Origin: Limnochordia bacterium
Lineage (GTDB): Bacteria; Bacillota; Limnochordia; DTU087; JAAYGB01
Reading direction: 5' to 3'
Assembly (NCBI GenBank): GCA_041687495.1
Contig: JAWLBR010000001.1
Location: 12,014 to 76,013, forward strand
DNA length: 64,000 nt
In this document: piece after piece, positions 47,248-57,336 of the stretch
Layout of the letters: the number at the start of each line of letters is the position of its first letter
Numbering within the stretch: the stretch's first letter is position 1
Program-made: the position numbers and the translations under genes
Notes under the pieces: generated by a model
What the model saw: the letters and a program-made list of their open reading frames with translations, nothing else
What the model was told of the DNA's origin: nothing
Database searches by the model: none

Positions 47248-47448
47248 CTAAGACGTAGGCTCAGGTTTCACTATCTTCTTGGTCTTACCTTTACCTGTGG
47301 CCCCAGACTCCCGGATACTGGGAGTATCTACTCCTTCGCCCATATTCGGGGCAATCTCCTTTGATGTTTCTAGCCTGGCGTCGACCCGGTGCCACGGCTT
47401 TGCCTTCTGCCGAGCGCCACGGGAACTACCGTTTTTTGAATTAGCCAC
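47248..47448 (-). CDS. Hypothetical small basic protein
   Basis: 66-aa Lys/Arg-rich ORF downstream of cwlD, with no recognisable family. Confidence 0.3.
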   Translation of the reverse strand: MANSKNGSSRGARQKAKPWHRVDARLETSKEIAPNMGEGVDTPSIRESGATGKGKTKKIVKPEPTS

Positions 47449-47508
47449 GTGTCATCCCTCCACCGCTAGCGTAGCACAGGTGCGGGAAGGTTATACAACC
47501 ATCTCCCA

Positions 47509-48360
47509 TCAACTGAACCGCACGCCTGCAGGAGTGGTGGGTACAAAAGTCGGACCTTGCTCAGGCAGATCTCTGCCAGCAGCATCATCGTCTTCCTGAT
47601 CATCATCTGTATCCTCGGTAGTACCTGACTCTTCTTCAGTTGGTGCGAAGTACTTTCGGATCCCTTCACTAATGGCCTCAGCCAAGGTCTGACGGTAAGT
47701 TTCAGAGATCAATTTCTCCTTATCTTGGGGATTTGAGATGAAGCCCAGTTCCACCAATACAGCAGGAACAGAGGTACTGCGCAGCACGTAGATGTTTTGT
47801 CTTGGCACCACAAACGAATGGTTCAAGTCCTGCACCTTGGCCAACTCAACTAGAATGTTCTCCGCCAGTGACTTTCCAGCAGCGGATCCTTTGGAGTAAA
47901 AAACGACAGCTCCATGGGCCGAGGGATCCTGAAGCGCATTGACATGAATACTGACTGCCACTTTGCCCCGGTTCATGATTTTGACTCGATTAATCAGGTC
48001 CTGTCGGTGTCTACCTTTCCTGTAGCGGTCAAAGCCGCTCACATCGCGGTCGGTGTCTCGGGTTAAGTCTACCATGAAGCCGTGCTTCTCCAGGTACTCA
48101 CGCATCTTGAGGACAACGTCCAGGACGATGTCCTTTTCTAGAACCGCCCCACCGTCATTGGCGCCGCCGTCAACTCCTCCATGCCCGGCATCCAAGACAA
48201 CATCAGCTCGACGCATCTGTAGCCCATCACTCAAGATGGGAATGCTTCGGCCGGCCACTACCAACAGTAAAGCTAGCAGCCCGACAATAAGTACAACTGA
48301 CAACAGCAGCGTTCGTTTGGTGATAATGACGAATCTAACTCGGGCCTCCCGCACCCACAC
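47509..48360 (-). CDS. cwlD: Germination-specific N-acetylmuramoyl-L-alanine amidase CwlD-like (Amidase_3)
   Basis: N-terminal TM anchor; LDAGHGGVDGGA, VKIMNRGKVAVSIHVNAL and LVELGFISNP correspond motif-by-motif to B. subtilis CwlD. It has an extra acidic C-terminal tail. Confidence 0.8.
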   Translation of the reverse strand: MWVREARVRFVIITKRTLLLSVVLIVGLLALLLVVAGRSIPILSDGLQMRRADVVLDAGHGGVDGGANDGGAVLEKDIVLDVVLKMREYLEKHGFMVDLTRDTDRDVSGFDRYRKGRHRQDLINRVKIMNRGKVAVSIHVNALQDPSAHGAVVFYSKGSAAGKSLAENILVELAKVQDLNHSFVVPRQNIYVLRSTSVPAVLVELGFISNPQDKEKLISETYRQTLAEAISEGIRKYFAPTEEESGTTEDTDDDQEDDDAAGRDLPEQGPTFVPTTPAGVRFS

Positions 48361-48459
48361 CGCCTCCTACGGAAAATCGTCGCTGTCTCAATATATTCCG
48401 AGTGTCGGCGGCTCATGACCCATGGGAACCAAGTGTGACCTCCTAGCCACAAGTTCTAT

Positions 48460-48816
48460 ATGATATCAACAGGAGTAGTAGATCAGCGGGGAGGGGTTTT
48501 TGTGAGAGCACTAAACAAGCGCAAATGGCGAGGGCACGCAGAGGCCGCGGCCGGAATTCCCATCGAGGCAAAGCGGGATGGTAAAGGCGATTTTTGTTTC
48601 CTGGACGTGATCGCTAGCAGTGTCGACCAAGCTGTATTGATCGTGTTAGCTTCAGGTGCGGGCTACAACGCGGTAGCTGGAGTCATCGCCGACGTCTTCT
48701 CTGACCACCTGACCTTGGTAAGCGGCAACGTCATTACTTCCATTCCGTACAAGTACATTGCGGCATTGTCCCGCCTGGCGGGAGGAGGGCCGGTACCTCC
48801 TGTGACAGCAAGGTAG
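48460..48816 (+). CDS. Small uncharacterised protein, paralog A
   Basis: The core VLIVLASGAGYNAVAGVIADVFSDHLTLVSGNVITSIPYKYIAALSRLAGGGPVPP is ~60% identical over ~55 aa to 49448..49774. Confidence 0.5.
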   Translation: MISTGVVDQRGGVFVRALNKRKWRGHAEAAAGIPIEAKRDGKGDFCFLDVIASSVDQAVLIVLASGAGYNAVAGVIADVFSDHLTLVSGNVITSIPYKYIAALSRLAGGGPVPPVTAR

Positions 48817-48835
48817 GCCCTCCCGGTGCTGCGGA

Positions 48836-49237
48836 CTACTGCCAGAGCAGAAGCAGCAAAACCAGCAGCAGCAACGTTCCTCCACCGAAGCCCGCTCGCG
48901 GTCTGACTGCGGTTCGACCGTAGTACGGCTGCGGACCCGTAGGTGGCGGCAGATACAACGGTACAGATGAAGGATCAGGCAGGTTTACCTTGGGCCGTGG
49001 CGGTGGCTCCAGCCCAGGAAAGACCTGACTTAACTGCTCGGAAGAAATACCTGCTGCCTGCGGGGCTTGTGGTCTCGGATTCTCTTGCAGTCCCGGGAAC
49101 ACATCCTCCCAAGCAACAGACGGCTCATTCTGCAGCTGCGGCTGCTGCATTTCCGCAAAGACGTCTGTCATTTCGGTCCTGAATTCTTCGGGAAGATCAT
49201 CAGCGTTTGGGTCTGATGACAGCCTAATGGTCTCCAT
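48836..49237 (-). CDS. Pro-rich protein with C-terminal membrane anchor
   Basis: 133 aa, acidic N-terminus, Pro/Gln-rich middle, and a C-terminal poly-Leu TM segment (GTLLLLVLLLLLWQ). It lies between the two paralogs. Confidence 0.45.
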   Translation of the reverse strand: METIRLSSDPNADDLPEEFRTEMTDVFAEMQQPQLQNEPSVAWEDVFPGLQENPRPQAPQAAGISSEQLSQVFPGLEPPPRPKVNLPDPSSVPLYLPPPTGPQPYYGRTAVRPRAGFGGGTLLLLVLLLLLWQ

Positions 49238-49447
49238 GGCTCACCCCTACTTTCGTGAGTTAGTATCGACAGGGATCTTACTCCCCTGGCCTCACGATAG
49301 TATATACAGGAAATGAGTCCCTCTGGGCTAGGAGTTCGATCCTGTTTTGCTGGGAAACAGGAATGGACTCCTAAGGCAACCCAGGAGCCAGGTAATAGTA
49401 TATACCAACCAAGAACCAAGGCCTGAGACCAAGAGAGGGAGGCCATC

Positions 49448-49774
49448 TTGGCGAAACCAGAAAGAGGAGGTCCGCGCAACATGGCAATTGAAGCTGAAGG
49501 ATATTATGGCGGAGGGCGTGGATACGGACGGAGCTTCTACAACCTGCTGCAGCGTGAGCTCAATGACAACGTCCTTGTCATTCTCACTTCCGGTGGTGCC
49601 TATAGTGCAGTCGCTGGTATTTTGAGTCGGGTCATGCCCGATCACATCGTACTAATTAACGGCAATGTGATCCTCGAAATCCCGCTAGACCGCATCGCCA
49701 CCGTAAGCAAGCTAGCCGGCGGCGGCCCAGTGGCCCCCGCACCTGGAAGTGTTGCTGGTTTTCCAGCAAACTAG
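49448..49774 (+). CDS. Small uncharacterised protein, paralog B with Gly/Tyr-rich N-terminus
   Basis: Gly/Tyr/Arg-rich N-terminus (GYYGGGRGYGRSFYN), then VLVILTSGGAYSAVAGILSRVMPDHIVLINGNVILEIPLDRIATVSKLAGGGPVAP. Confidence 0.5.
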   Translation: MAKPERGGPRNMAIEAEGYYGGGRGYGRSFYNLLQRELNDNVLVILTSGGAYSAVAGILSRVMPDHIVLINGNVILEIPLDRIATVSKLAGGGPVAPAPGSVAGFPAN

Positions 49775-49916
49775 AGTAGTCAGTGGTTAGCTGGACGGCT
49801 AACCACTGCACCTTCCCAGGCAATCAAAAAGCAGAAGGCCGGAGTCTGGAGGCCCGGCTTTCTGCTTTGCTAGGTGTCCCACCCGAGCGGAACTGTCGGC
49901 AAACTCTAAACTGATG

Positions 49917-50582
49917 TTACACGTCTGAGAAGAACTCCGCTTCCAGCATGGCGCACAAGGCGTGATACAAGGGAAGGTGATACTCCTGAACCAAAGGAGT
50001 AGAGGATGCCGGGACCCTAATTTGCGTATCGCAAAACGGCGCCATCTTTCCATCTGCATCACCAGTCAGTCCCACGGTGTACAGACCCCGAGCCTTCGCT
50101 GCTACTAAGGCATTGACAACATTGCGGGACCCCCCGGAAGTACTGATCCCAAGAAGGACATCACCGACACTTCCCAGGGCAAATACCTGCTGTGCAAACA
50201 CCATTTCACCGCCAATATCATTGGCTACTGCTGTACTCAAGGCGGTGTGGGCGTTGAGGGCAATGGCTGGCAACCCCAACTGCAGTTTCTCCGCCAAGTC
50301 CCAGCCGAGTGCGCTGTGCACCTCCTGCAGCTTCTCCGTCCAGACAGCACCGACCGACCGACGCAAAAGGAACCCCTTCATCAGCTCACCGACGATGTGC
50401 TCTGCGTCAGCTGCGCTGCCACCGTTACCGCAGACCAATAGCTTACCACCAGTCCCGAAGGACTCCTTCATAGCCTGAAACGCATCCCAAATACTGCTCC
50501 GGGATCGTTGCAGTTCGGGATAGCGTTCGATGAGCTTCTCCAAATGGTGCGAAGCGCTTATCCGCATCAAAATCACCACCAA
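49917..50582 (-). CDS. gmhA: SIS-domain phosphoheptose isomerase-like protein (GmhA/DiaA family)
   Basis: LLVCGNGGSAADAEHIVGEL and GISTSGGSRNV are SIS motifs. Confidence 0.75.
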   Translation of the reverse strand: MVVILMRISASHHLEKLIERYPELQRSRSSIWDAFQAMKESFGTGGKLLVCGNGGSAADAEHIVGELMKGFLLRRSVGAVWTEKLQEVHSALGWDLAEKLQLGLPAIALNAHTALSTAVANDIGGEMVFAQQVFALGSVGDVLLGISTSGGSRNVVNALVAAKARGLYTVGLTGDADGKMAPFCDTQIRVPASSTPLVQEYHLPLYHALCAMLEAEFFSDV

Positions 50583-50699
50583 CCAAGGAATAGATGCTGC
50601 TTAGAACAACTTATGCAATGGTATCTACATATCTGTCAAGTAATGGGTTCCCTGCCCCCCCATATGTTCCTGCCCATCCGGCGCAGTAACTCGCATCCT

Positions 50700-52397
50700 C
50701 TACAACTCAAACCCTGCAACAGACTCCTGCAGTACCTTAGCCTTCTCAGCCAGTTGACCAATCACGGTGCTCAATTCCTGAATCGAGGCTGATTGCTCCT
50801 GTGTGGACCCGGCAATTTGCTGGCTGCCTGAGCCGATCTGAGCGGCAGCCGCAGCCACCTCATCAATTCTATTTACCATACTGACGATGGCTGTCCGGAT
50901 CCTGACAAATGCTTGGTCAGTGGCTTCGATGGCCTGGGAGCCAGCCTCCACTTCTGCAACCATTTTCTGGTTGCTTGACACCGCTTGCGCCGTATCCATT
51001 TGGATCTCTCGAACCAAACCGCGGATCCGACCAGCTGCTGTGCTAGTCTGTTCTGCCAGTTCCCTGACCTCAGCGGCCACAACAGCAAATCCTCGGCCCA
51101 TTTCGCCAGCTCGAGCCGCTTCAATGGCCGCATTAAGGGCCAAAAGGTCAGTCTGTCCGGCGATATCAGCAATGATGTCTACTATGCTGCCGATCTCATC
51201 CGAGCGCTCAGTCAAGCCATCGATTGATTGGCTTACTTCCTTTGCTTGACTATCAATGGCTTGCATCCTCTGTACAGCTACGTTCAAGCGTTGGCTGCCC
51301 TCTTCGGCAGCGTCCTCGGCCAGACCAGAAGCCTTGTTCATCTCCTGGCTGTTGGCTGCTACCTGCTCGACACCGGCGGCAAACTGGTCAGCCGTATGGG
51401 CGACATCCCGCACGGAGATACCTACCTGCGTAATGCCATCGGCAACTTCTGAACTCCCAGCTGAAACTTCTCCGGCCACCATCACCACGCTGGTTAGAGC
51501 CTGGTTCAACGAGCGACAGGTCCGCTGCAGGCCGTTAAGCAGCTGCCCCACTTCGTCCTTCCGCCTCACTGCCGACATTTCCACCTGCAGGTTGCCCTGG
51601 CCGATCTGGTCAAGCACCTGTACCACACGCCCCAACGGCCGACTCACCGACAATGCGATCCAGAGACTGAGGAGAATCCCTAGGACTACCCCTGACATTG
51701 ATAAAGACAGCAGCAAGCGACGGGCAGCGTCCTTTACCCTCGTAGTCTCTGCCTGCATCGCCTCAGCTTCCGACATTGATAGTGAACGGATCTGATTGAG
51801 AATCTCCCTTGCTGAGTCGAGCACCGCCGAGGCTTCCTTGGCCATCTCCATGGCCATTACCACTGAACCATTGATGACTTCATCGGCAAGCACAGCGTAC
51901 TCCTCGAGATTTTCAGCAAAACTTTGATAGAGCGTTCCCAGCTCAGTGGGTCCACCCACGGCTTGTCCACTTTCACTTTCTCCCGACAGCTCAGTCCACC
52001 TGTCCCGAACCAAGGCCAAGCTATCGTGGAACTGACCAGTGGCCTGTTCCATTTCATCGTAAGAACCGGACATTGTCACCGCCCGCAGCGTCGAATCCAA
52101 TTTGTACAGACTACTCTCCATGGAGGATAGTGCCCGCTCTTGTACTAATGTCGTGTTGTACAGCATGTCCATACTGTTGATGACTCGGTTGATACTTACG
52201 TATCCAATCCCAGCAACGACGATGCTAATCAGCAGCAGGACTCCACTCACGCCAAGAACTTTTGTCCGCACTCTCCAATTATCAATAAACATCAAATCAC
52301 CCCGCATAAGACCTAATTCCATGCTCTGCCAACCTTTTGTTACAAAAAGATTAACATAGAAATAACTTCTGCCTGATTCTCCCAAAGCCTTCCACAA
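50700..52397 (-). CDS. Methyl-accepting chemotaxis protein
   Basis: N-terminal TM plus sensor region, HAMP, and a highly conserved MCP signalling domain (…[20 protein letters not shown]…). Confidence 0.9.
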   Translation of the reverse strand: MWKALGESGRSYFYVNLFVTKGWQSMELGLMRGDLMFIDNWRVRTKVLGVSGVLLLISIVVAGIGYVSINRVINSMDMLYNTTLVQERALSSMESSLYKLDSTLRAVTMSGSYDEMEQATGQFHDSLALVRDRWTELSGESESGQAVGGPTELGTLYQSFAENLEEYAVLADEVINGSVVMAMEMAKEASAVLDSAREILNQIRSLSMSEAEAMQAETTRVKDAARRLLLSLSMSGVVLGILLSLWIALSVSRPLGRVVQVLDQIGQGNLQVEMSAVRRKDEVGQLLNGLQRTCRSLNQALTSVVMVAGEVSAGSSEVADGITQVGISVRDVAHTADQFAAGVEQVAANSQEMNKASGLAEDAAEEGSQRLNVAVQRMQAIDSQAKEVSQSIDGLTERSDEIGSIVDIIADIAGQTDLLALNAAIEAARAGEMGRGFAVVAAEVRELAEQTSTAAGRIRGLVREIQMDTAQAVSSNQKMVAEVEAGSQAIEATDQAFVRIRTAIVSMVNRIDEVAAAAAQIGSGSQQIAGSTQEQSASIQELSTVIGQLAEKAKVLQESVAGFEL

Positions 52398-52508
52398 TAT
52401 TCACAACCAATAAATTTTTGTAAGTATCCGCAGAGAGTTGTCTGTCTGCCCAAGAATGCGAAAAGACCTCCAGCCAACTACGCTGAAGGTCTGTAGACCA
52501 GAACAATC

Positions 52509-53819
52509 CTACTCCACACGATCCAGAGGCATACTCATACACCGAGGTCCGCCTCTGCCCCTAACCAACTCCGAACCGGGGATCTCCAGAACTTCTACAC
52601 CTCGATCCCTGAGGGTTTTATTGGTTACCTCGTTTCGGTTATAGCAGACAACCACACCGGGCCGAATTGCCAGCAGGTTTGTGCTGTCTCCCCACTGCTC
52701 CCTGGCGGCTGTGATGCTGTGCCCGCCACCTGAGTAGATGATCTCGGCTTTTCCAATCTGCAGCGCTTGCCCCAGTGCCAGCGCCAAGTCAGCCTCTTCC
52801 CTGGCCGTAACCGGGTTTTTCCCACCCCGCTCTAACCAAAACACTTGAATCTGATCCCGAATCCCGGGATACATTAGAAACTTGTCGTAATCAACCATGG
52901 TGAAGACAGTGTCTAAGTGCATATACGCCCGCTTGGCTGGAATCTGGATCACAATGATCTGCTTGATTGGACTTGGGCCGGCCAGCAGTCGGTGGGCAAT
53001 CCACTCAATAGTCTCTTCGGTGGTACGTTCACTCAGTCCAATGACTAGGGTATCGTCACTGATGACCAGTACGTCTCCCCCCTCGATCCCTGTGGGAATC
53101 TCCTCAGTAAAGAGCAGATCAATGTTGGCAAAAAGCGGGTGATGCTGCTGTACCATCCGTAGAAAAAGAGTCTCCCTGCGTCGGGCGAAATTGAACATAC
53201 TGCTGACCAGCAGCTGACCGCCGATCATAGCTCCATGATCTCTGGTGAAATACATGCTAGGCATGGGGTCAAGGTAAAACGGATAGCTGGCTGTAGTCAG
53301 ATCGCTCAGGGTGCGATAAGGTTTCAGCCGCTGAATCTCTCCCTTGGAAATACCAGCCATCAGCTTGATTACTAATTGGTCTGGAGACAGTGCCAGCAAA
53401 TACTCTAACAATACCGGCTCCAGTCGGGGATCACCCAAACGAACAAAATCAAGCTGCCGCTCCACCAACTTCCGACGAATGGTGCTGTCGGCAATAACCT
53501 CCGAGACCAAGTCTTCAATGTAGTAAACTTGTACCCCTTGTTCCTGCAGAACTTTGGCAAAATAGTCATGCTCCTTGCGCGCCTGGTTCAGCCAAGGTAT
53601 CTCGTCAAAAAGCAGGTCCTCCAAGTATCTCGGGATCAGATTCTCCAATTCTTCTCCCGGCCGGTGCAGCAGTACCACCTGCAGTTGTCCAATCTCTGAT
53701 TTTACCTGCAGCTGTGGGCTAGACATTGATAGCCCCCCCTGACAACTCAGCTGGCAGCTGATAGTATACTCCTTTGCCTTCGCCGGGCCAAGCCAAACCG
53801 ATGTTCTGGGGACAGGCAA
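52509..53819 (-). CDS. arcA: Arginine deiminase
   Basis: Full-length similarity to ADI, including the C-terminal catalytic Cys context GGPRCMSMPL. The probable start is MSSPQLQVKSEIGQL near 53729. Confidence 0.9.
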   Translation of the reverse strand: MPVPRTSVWLGPAKAKEYTISCQLSCQGGLSMSSPQLQVKSEIGQLQVVLLHRPGEELENLIPRYLEDLLFDEIPWLNQARKEHDYFAKVLQEQGVQVYYIEDLVSEVIADSTIRRKLVERQLDFVRLGDPRLEPVLLEYLLALSPDQLVIKLMAGISKGEIQRLKPYRTLSDLTTASYPFYLDPMPSMYFTRDHGAMIGGQLLVSSMFNFARRRETLFLRMVQQHHPLFANIDLLFTEEIPTGIEGGDVLVISDDTLVIGLSERTTEETIEWIAHRLLAGPSPIKQIIVIQIPAKRAYMHLDTVFTMVDYDKFLMYPGIRDQIQVFWLERGGKNPVTAREEADLALALGQALQIGKAEIIYSGGGHSITAAREQWGDSTNLLAIRPGVVVCYNRNEVTNKTLRDRGVEVLEIPGSELVRGRGGPRCMSMPLDRVE

Positions 53820-54039
53820 TCACACAAGCTCCACACTCGATACAGCGCTGATAAGACACATTCAGATGCTTGGCGGCTTCATCCCAACGATATACTTGCG
53901 CCGGACAGATATATGTACAAGGCCGCATGTCACACTTCTGACAGTTCTTTTCGTTCTTAACCTTAATGTGTGACTCTGCCGGGGGGTCAATGGATACCCA
54001 CTGCAGTGGATCCGAAAATTCGTCCAACCATCTATCCAA
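53719..54039 (-). CDS. fixX: Ferredoxin-like protein FixX
   Basis: ~100 aa; CxxCxxxxC...CP and CIECGACVIACP motifs typical of FixX. Confidence 0.75.
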   Translation of the reverse strand: MDRWLDEFSDPLQWVSIDPPAESHIKVKNEKNCQKCDMRPCTYICPAQVYRWDEAAKHLNVSYQRCIECGACVIACPQNIGLAWPGEGKGVYYQLPAELSGGAINV

Positions 54040-54040
54040 A

Positions 54041-55366
54041 TTACAGCACCCTCCAATGCATGAGCCCTTGATACAGCTCCATCAAACTTTTCCCCATAGG
54101 CTGCAGGTTTTTTAGCTCTTGAACCATATACATCTTTCTCTCGCGATCAGACAGGAGTGACTCCTCAAAAAACCGATACGCCGTCCGATTGGCTGCTTCC
54201 GATATGATATAGTCAGAATTGGGATAACTAGAGTAATACCCTGCGTGAACTTGCCCAGCCCTGATGTCTTGCATGAACCAGCTGTTGTCGATCTTGTTCT
54301 TGTAAGCAGCCAGCTGTTTCCGACTAAAGTCGTTGGCTGCCTTTGCCAGGGCAGCCGTCTCACCGGCAAATTTGCCTGTCATCATGGCCAAGTCTGTTCC
54401 GTGGCGACCGCTGACCATCACCGCTGCATCCCCGGCAATCATCACTCCATCACCGTATAACTGCGGCATATCCTTATACCCACCCTTGGGAATCATGTGC
54501 GAAAGGTATCCAACAGTCTTTCCGCCAGCCAGCAAACGGCGGACCAAAGGGTGTTGTTTGAATCGTACCAGCAGATCTAGAGGGCTCAGGCGCTTCTTGA
54601 TCATTTCATCCAAGTACGTGCCAACCACCACAGAAAGGCTGTTTCGATTGGTCCAGATTCCGCCTTTACCTACAGCCACACTAGTAGGATAGCCGATCAT
54701 TCCGTAGATGGCACCTTCACCGCGTTCCAGCTGGAATCGGTCGTCGATCACCCCCGGTGGAAGCTGAATAATCTCCTTGACATACATGGTGACCGCGTCG
54801 GGGTGAATTGTTCCCCGCATGCCCAATTCCCGTCCTAGAGTTGAGCTCACTCCATCCGCTAAAACCACCACGCTGGCGTCGATGGTCTCTCCCGTTGCTA
54901 ACTTAACTCCAGTCACCTGCCGCCCGGATTTGACGCAGGAAGCCACGCAGGAACTAGTGCGCAACTCTGCACCGGCATTCACAGCCTTTTGCGCCAGCCA
55001 TGGATCAAAATTGCGGCGCAGTACCGAGAACTTGTTGAACGGAGCCCTCCCATAATCTAGCCCAGTGAAAGACATTTGGACCGCAGAGGTGACATCCATC
55101 AGCCAAAGTGAGTCTGAGACAATAAAGCGCTCCAGCGGGGCATCCCTCCAAAACTCGGGGACAATCTCCTGCAACGCCCGGCTGTAAATGGTACCCCCAA
55201 ACATCACCTTTGAGCCGGGAGTCTTTCCCCGCTCTAGAAGCAGCACTGACAGCCCCTTCTGTGCCATGGTCAGAGCCGCTGAAGACCCAGCTGGACCGGC
55301 GCCGACGACAATCGCATCATAGTGCTCCTGAACCAAGTGTGTCACCCCTTCGTGATACCTGTACAT
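54041..55366 (-). CDS. fixC: FAD-dependent oxidoreductase FixC (ETF:quinone oxidoreductase-like)
   Basis: N-terminal DAIVVGAGPAGSSAA FAD-binding motif. Length and order (fixC-fixX) match fixABCX modules, but no fixAB/etfAB is in the window. Confidence 0.85.
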   Translation of the reverse strand: MYRYHEGVTHLVQEHYDAIVVGAGPAGSSAALTMAQKGLSVLLLERGKTPGSKVMFGGTIYSRALQEIVPEFWRDAPLERFIVSDSLWLMDVTSAVQMSFTGLDYGRAPFNKFSVLRRNFDPWLAQKAVNAGAELRTSSCVASCVKSGRQVTGVKLATGETIDASVVVLADGVSSTLGRELGMRGTIHPDAVTMYVKEIIQLPPGVIDDRFQLERGEGAIYGMIGYPTSVAVGKGGIWTNRNSLSVVVGTYLDEMIKKRLSPLDLLVRFKQHPLVRRLLAGGKTVGYLSHMIPKGGYKDMPQLYGDGVMIAGDAAVMVSGRHGTDLAMMTGKFAGETAALAKAANDFSRKQLAAYKNKIDNSWFMQDIRAGQVHAGYYSSYPNSDYIISEAANRTAYRFFEESLLSDRERKMYMVQELKNLQPMGKSLMELYQGLMHWRVL

Positions 55367-55522
55367 ATTTTGCCGCTAAGTCTGCCCTTCTATCAAAGAT
55401 TTGCGTACATCTTCCAGGAAGGAAAACAGCTACAGTGGGCAGAAGAGCTGGCGTAATCCCAAGAGGCAAGGAAGAGGGAAACAGCGTCTAGGTAAAGGTA
55501 TCTGAGAGGAGAACTGATTCTT

Positions 55523-56620
55523 GTGAAAACCCTTCGAGTTGGTGTCATTGGAGCGGGTAGCTGGACCAGGCTTTGCCACATTCCCGGGGTAAACTCCCAC
55601 TCCCAGGCCACGGTAACAGCCCTGTGCGGACGACGCTATGAGCCGTGCCGCAGCCAAGCCGACGAATTTGGCATTCCTAAGGTATATACCGACTACCAGG
55701 ACCTGGTCACAGATCCTGATATCGATGCGGTGACCATTTCCACCCCCAACGCCTTCCACTACCCGGCGGCATTAGCTGCGCTGGAGAACGGAAAGCATGT
55801 GTTTTGCGAAAAGCCATTAGCCATGGACACCAAACAAGCCAGACACCTGGCTCAAGTGGCCGAGAAAAAGGGGTTAGTGAACCATACCGCCTTCACCTTT
55901 AGGTTCTTATACGGGGTGAACGCAGCAAAGCGCATAGCTGCTTCTGGCGAGTTGGGACGGATTTATCAGGTGAGAGCCTATAGCGAAGGTGGCAGCGGGA
56001 TTGATCCACAGCGGCCAGCCGAATGGAGGTACCAAACATCCTTGGCGGGTTCGGGACAGTTGGGAGACATGGGCTCGCATCTGATTGACCTAGTGCACTA
56101 CATCGTTGGCGACATCACCTCGGTCACCGGCAGCCTTCAGACTTTGTACCGATATCGGCCAGGCACCGGGGGCACGGAGCTGTGTGATGCCGACGATCAT
56201 GCAGCTCTCCAGTTTACGTGCACGACACCCGATGATCCCGATGGCGCAGCTCAAGGCGAGGTCATCGCCAGTCGTATCATCCCGGCCCAGGGGCGCTCAT
56301 TTGTTCAGGTGATGGGCACAGAAGGGTCACTGCTTTGCCGATACTCCCGAGGCGAGGTGGATGAACTCCAGTTCGCCCAGCGAGGTACCGAGTTTCAGCC
56401 TGTGGAGTTTGGTCCAGATGAAGTACCACATCCCGGACACGCCTTGACGAAAATGCTCCAAGCGTTCGTCAACGCGATCTTGGGTACACCTGACCCCATT
56501 GCCGCTACCTTTGCCGATGGCGCCAAGGCACAGGCGGTGATTGACGCTGCGATTTTGTCCCACACCAGCGGCCAGCGAGTATCGGTTGTGCAGGGAGCCG
56601 AAGACAGTTGCCAGAGCTAA
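55523..56620 (+). CDS. Gfo/Idh/MocA-family oxidoreductase
   Basis: N-terminal Rossmann LRVGVIGAGSW and the EKP motif (HVFCEKPLA). Confidence 0.8.
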   Translation: MKTLRVGVIGAGSWTRLCHIPGVNSHSQATVTALCGRRYEPCRSQADEFGIPKVYTDYQDLVTDPDIDAVTISTPNAFHYPAALAALENGKHVFCEKPLAMDTKQARHLAQVAEKKGLVNHTAFTFRFLYGVNAAKRIAASGELGRIYQVRAYSEGGSGIDPQRPAEWRYQTSLAGSGQLGDMGSHLIDLVHYIVGDITSVTGSLQTLYRYRPGTGGTELCDADDHAALQFTCTTPDDPDGAAQGEVIASRIIPAQGRSFVQVMGTEGSLLCRYSRGEVDELQFAQRGTEFQPVEFGPDEVPHPGHALTKMLQAFVNAILGTPDPIAATFADGAKAQAVIDAAILSHTSGQRVSVVQGAEDSCQS

Positions 56621-57336
56621 CCCACGACGGACGAACGATTCAGTTCACACTGCAGCGCAGCTCCAGGCGGCGCAAGACAGTGTCGATTAAGCTTGACCCG
56701 GTAGCCGGACTAGTGATAATGACTCCGGCAAACTACTCTGATCCGCAGGTACACGATTTGCTTCGGACCCGATGGGATTGGGTGTGGAACAAATACAGTC
56801 AGTATCAGGATCTCACCAGGCAGTTGGTGTGTGCAGAACTAGTCCCAGGCAGACGCCTTCTCTACCTGGGAACCTTCCGGACACTGCAGGTCACTTCAAT
56901 AAGCCAAGGCAGCGGCAGCATCCAGTTGAGCCATGACTCAATCCGTCTGAACTTGCCAGAGGCAGTCGACACCCGCTTGTGCCAGGAGGCAGTCAAATTC
57001 GCTCTGGAACGATGGTATTACGAACAAGCCTTCCGGCACTTGACTACTCGCATCCAGCAGCTGGCTGATGAGCTTGGCTTATTGCCAAAACGGGTTCGAA
57101 TCAAAGATCAGAAGACCCGCTGGGGCAGCTGCTCCGAACTTGGGAACATCAACCTCAACTGGCGACTAATTATGGCTCCCGAATCCGTCATCGACTATAT
57201 ACTTGTCCATGAACTGGTGCATCTGCGAATTTTGAACCACTCCGCTGCTTTCTGGCACCAAGTGGCGCAGCATGTGCCTCAGTACGAGAAGCAGCAGGAG
57301 TGGTTAGAAAGACACGCTTCACTGATGCGGCTCTAA
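56608..57336 (+). CDS. YgjP-like metal-dependent hydrolase (DUF45/M48-like, HExxH)
   Basis: HELVHL zinc-binding motif (ILVHELVHLRILNHS) in a ~240-aa protein. Confidence 0.7.
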   Translation: MPELTHDGRTIQFTLQRSSRRRKTVSIKLDPVAGLVIMTPANYSDPQVHDLLRTRWDWVWNKYSQYQDLTRQLVCAELVPGRRLLYLGTFRTLQVTSISQGSGSIQLSHDSIRLNLPEAVDTRLCQEAVKFALERWYYEQAFRHLTTRIQQLADELGLLPKRVRIKDQKTRWGSCSELGNINLNWRLIMAPESVIDYILVHELVHLRILNHSAAFWHQVAQHVPQYEKQQEWLERHASLMRL

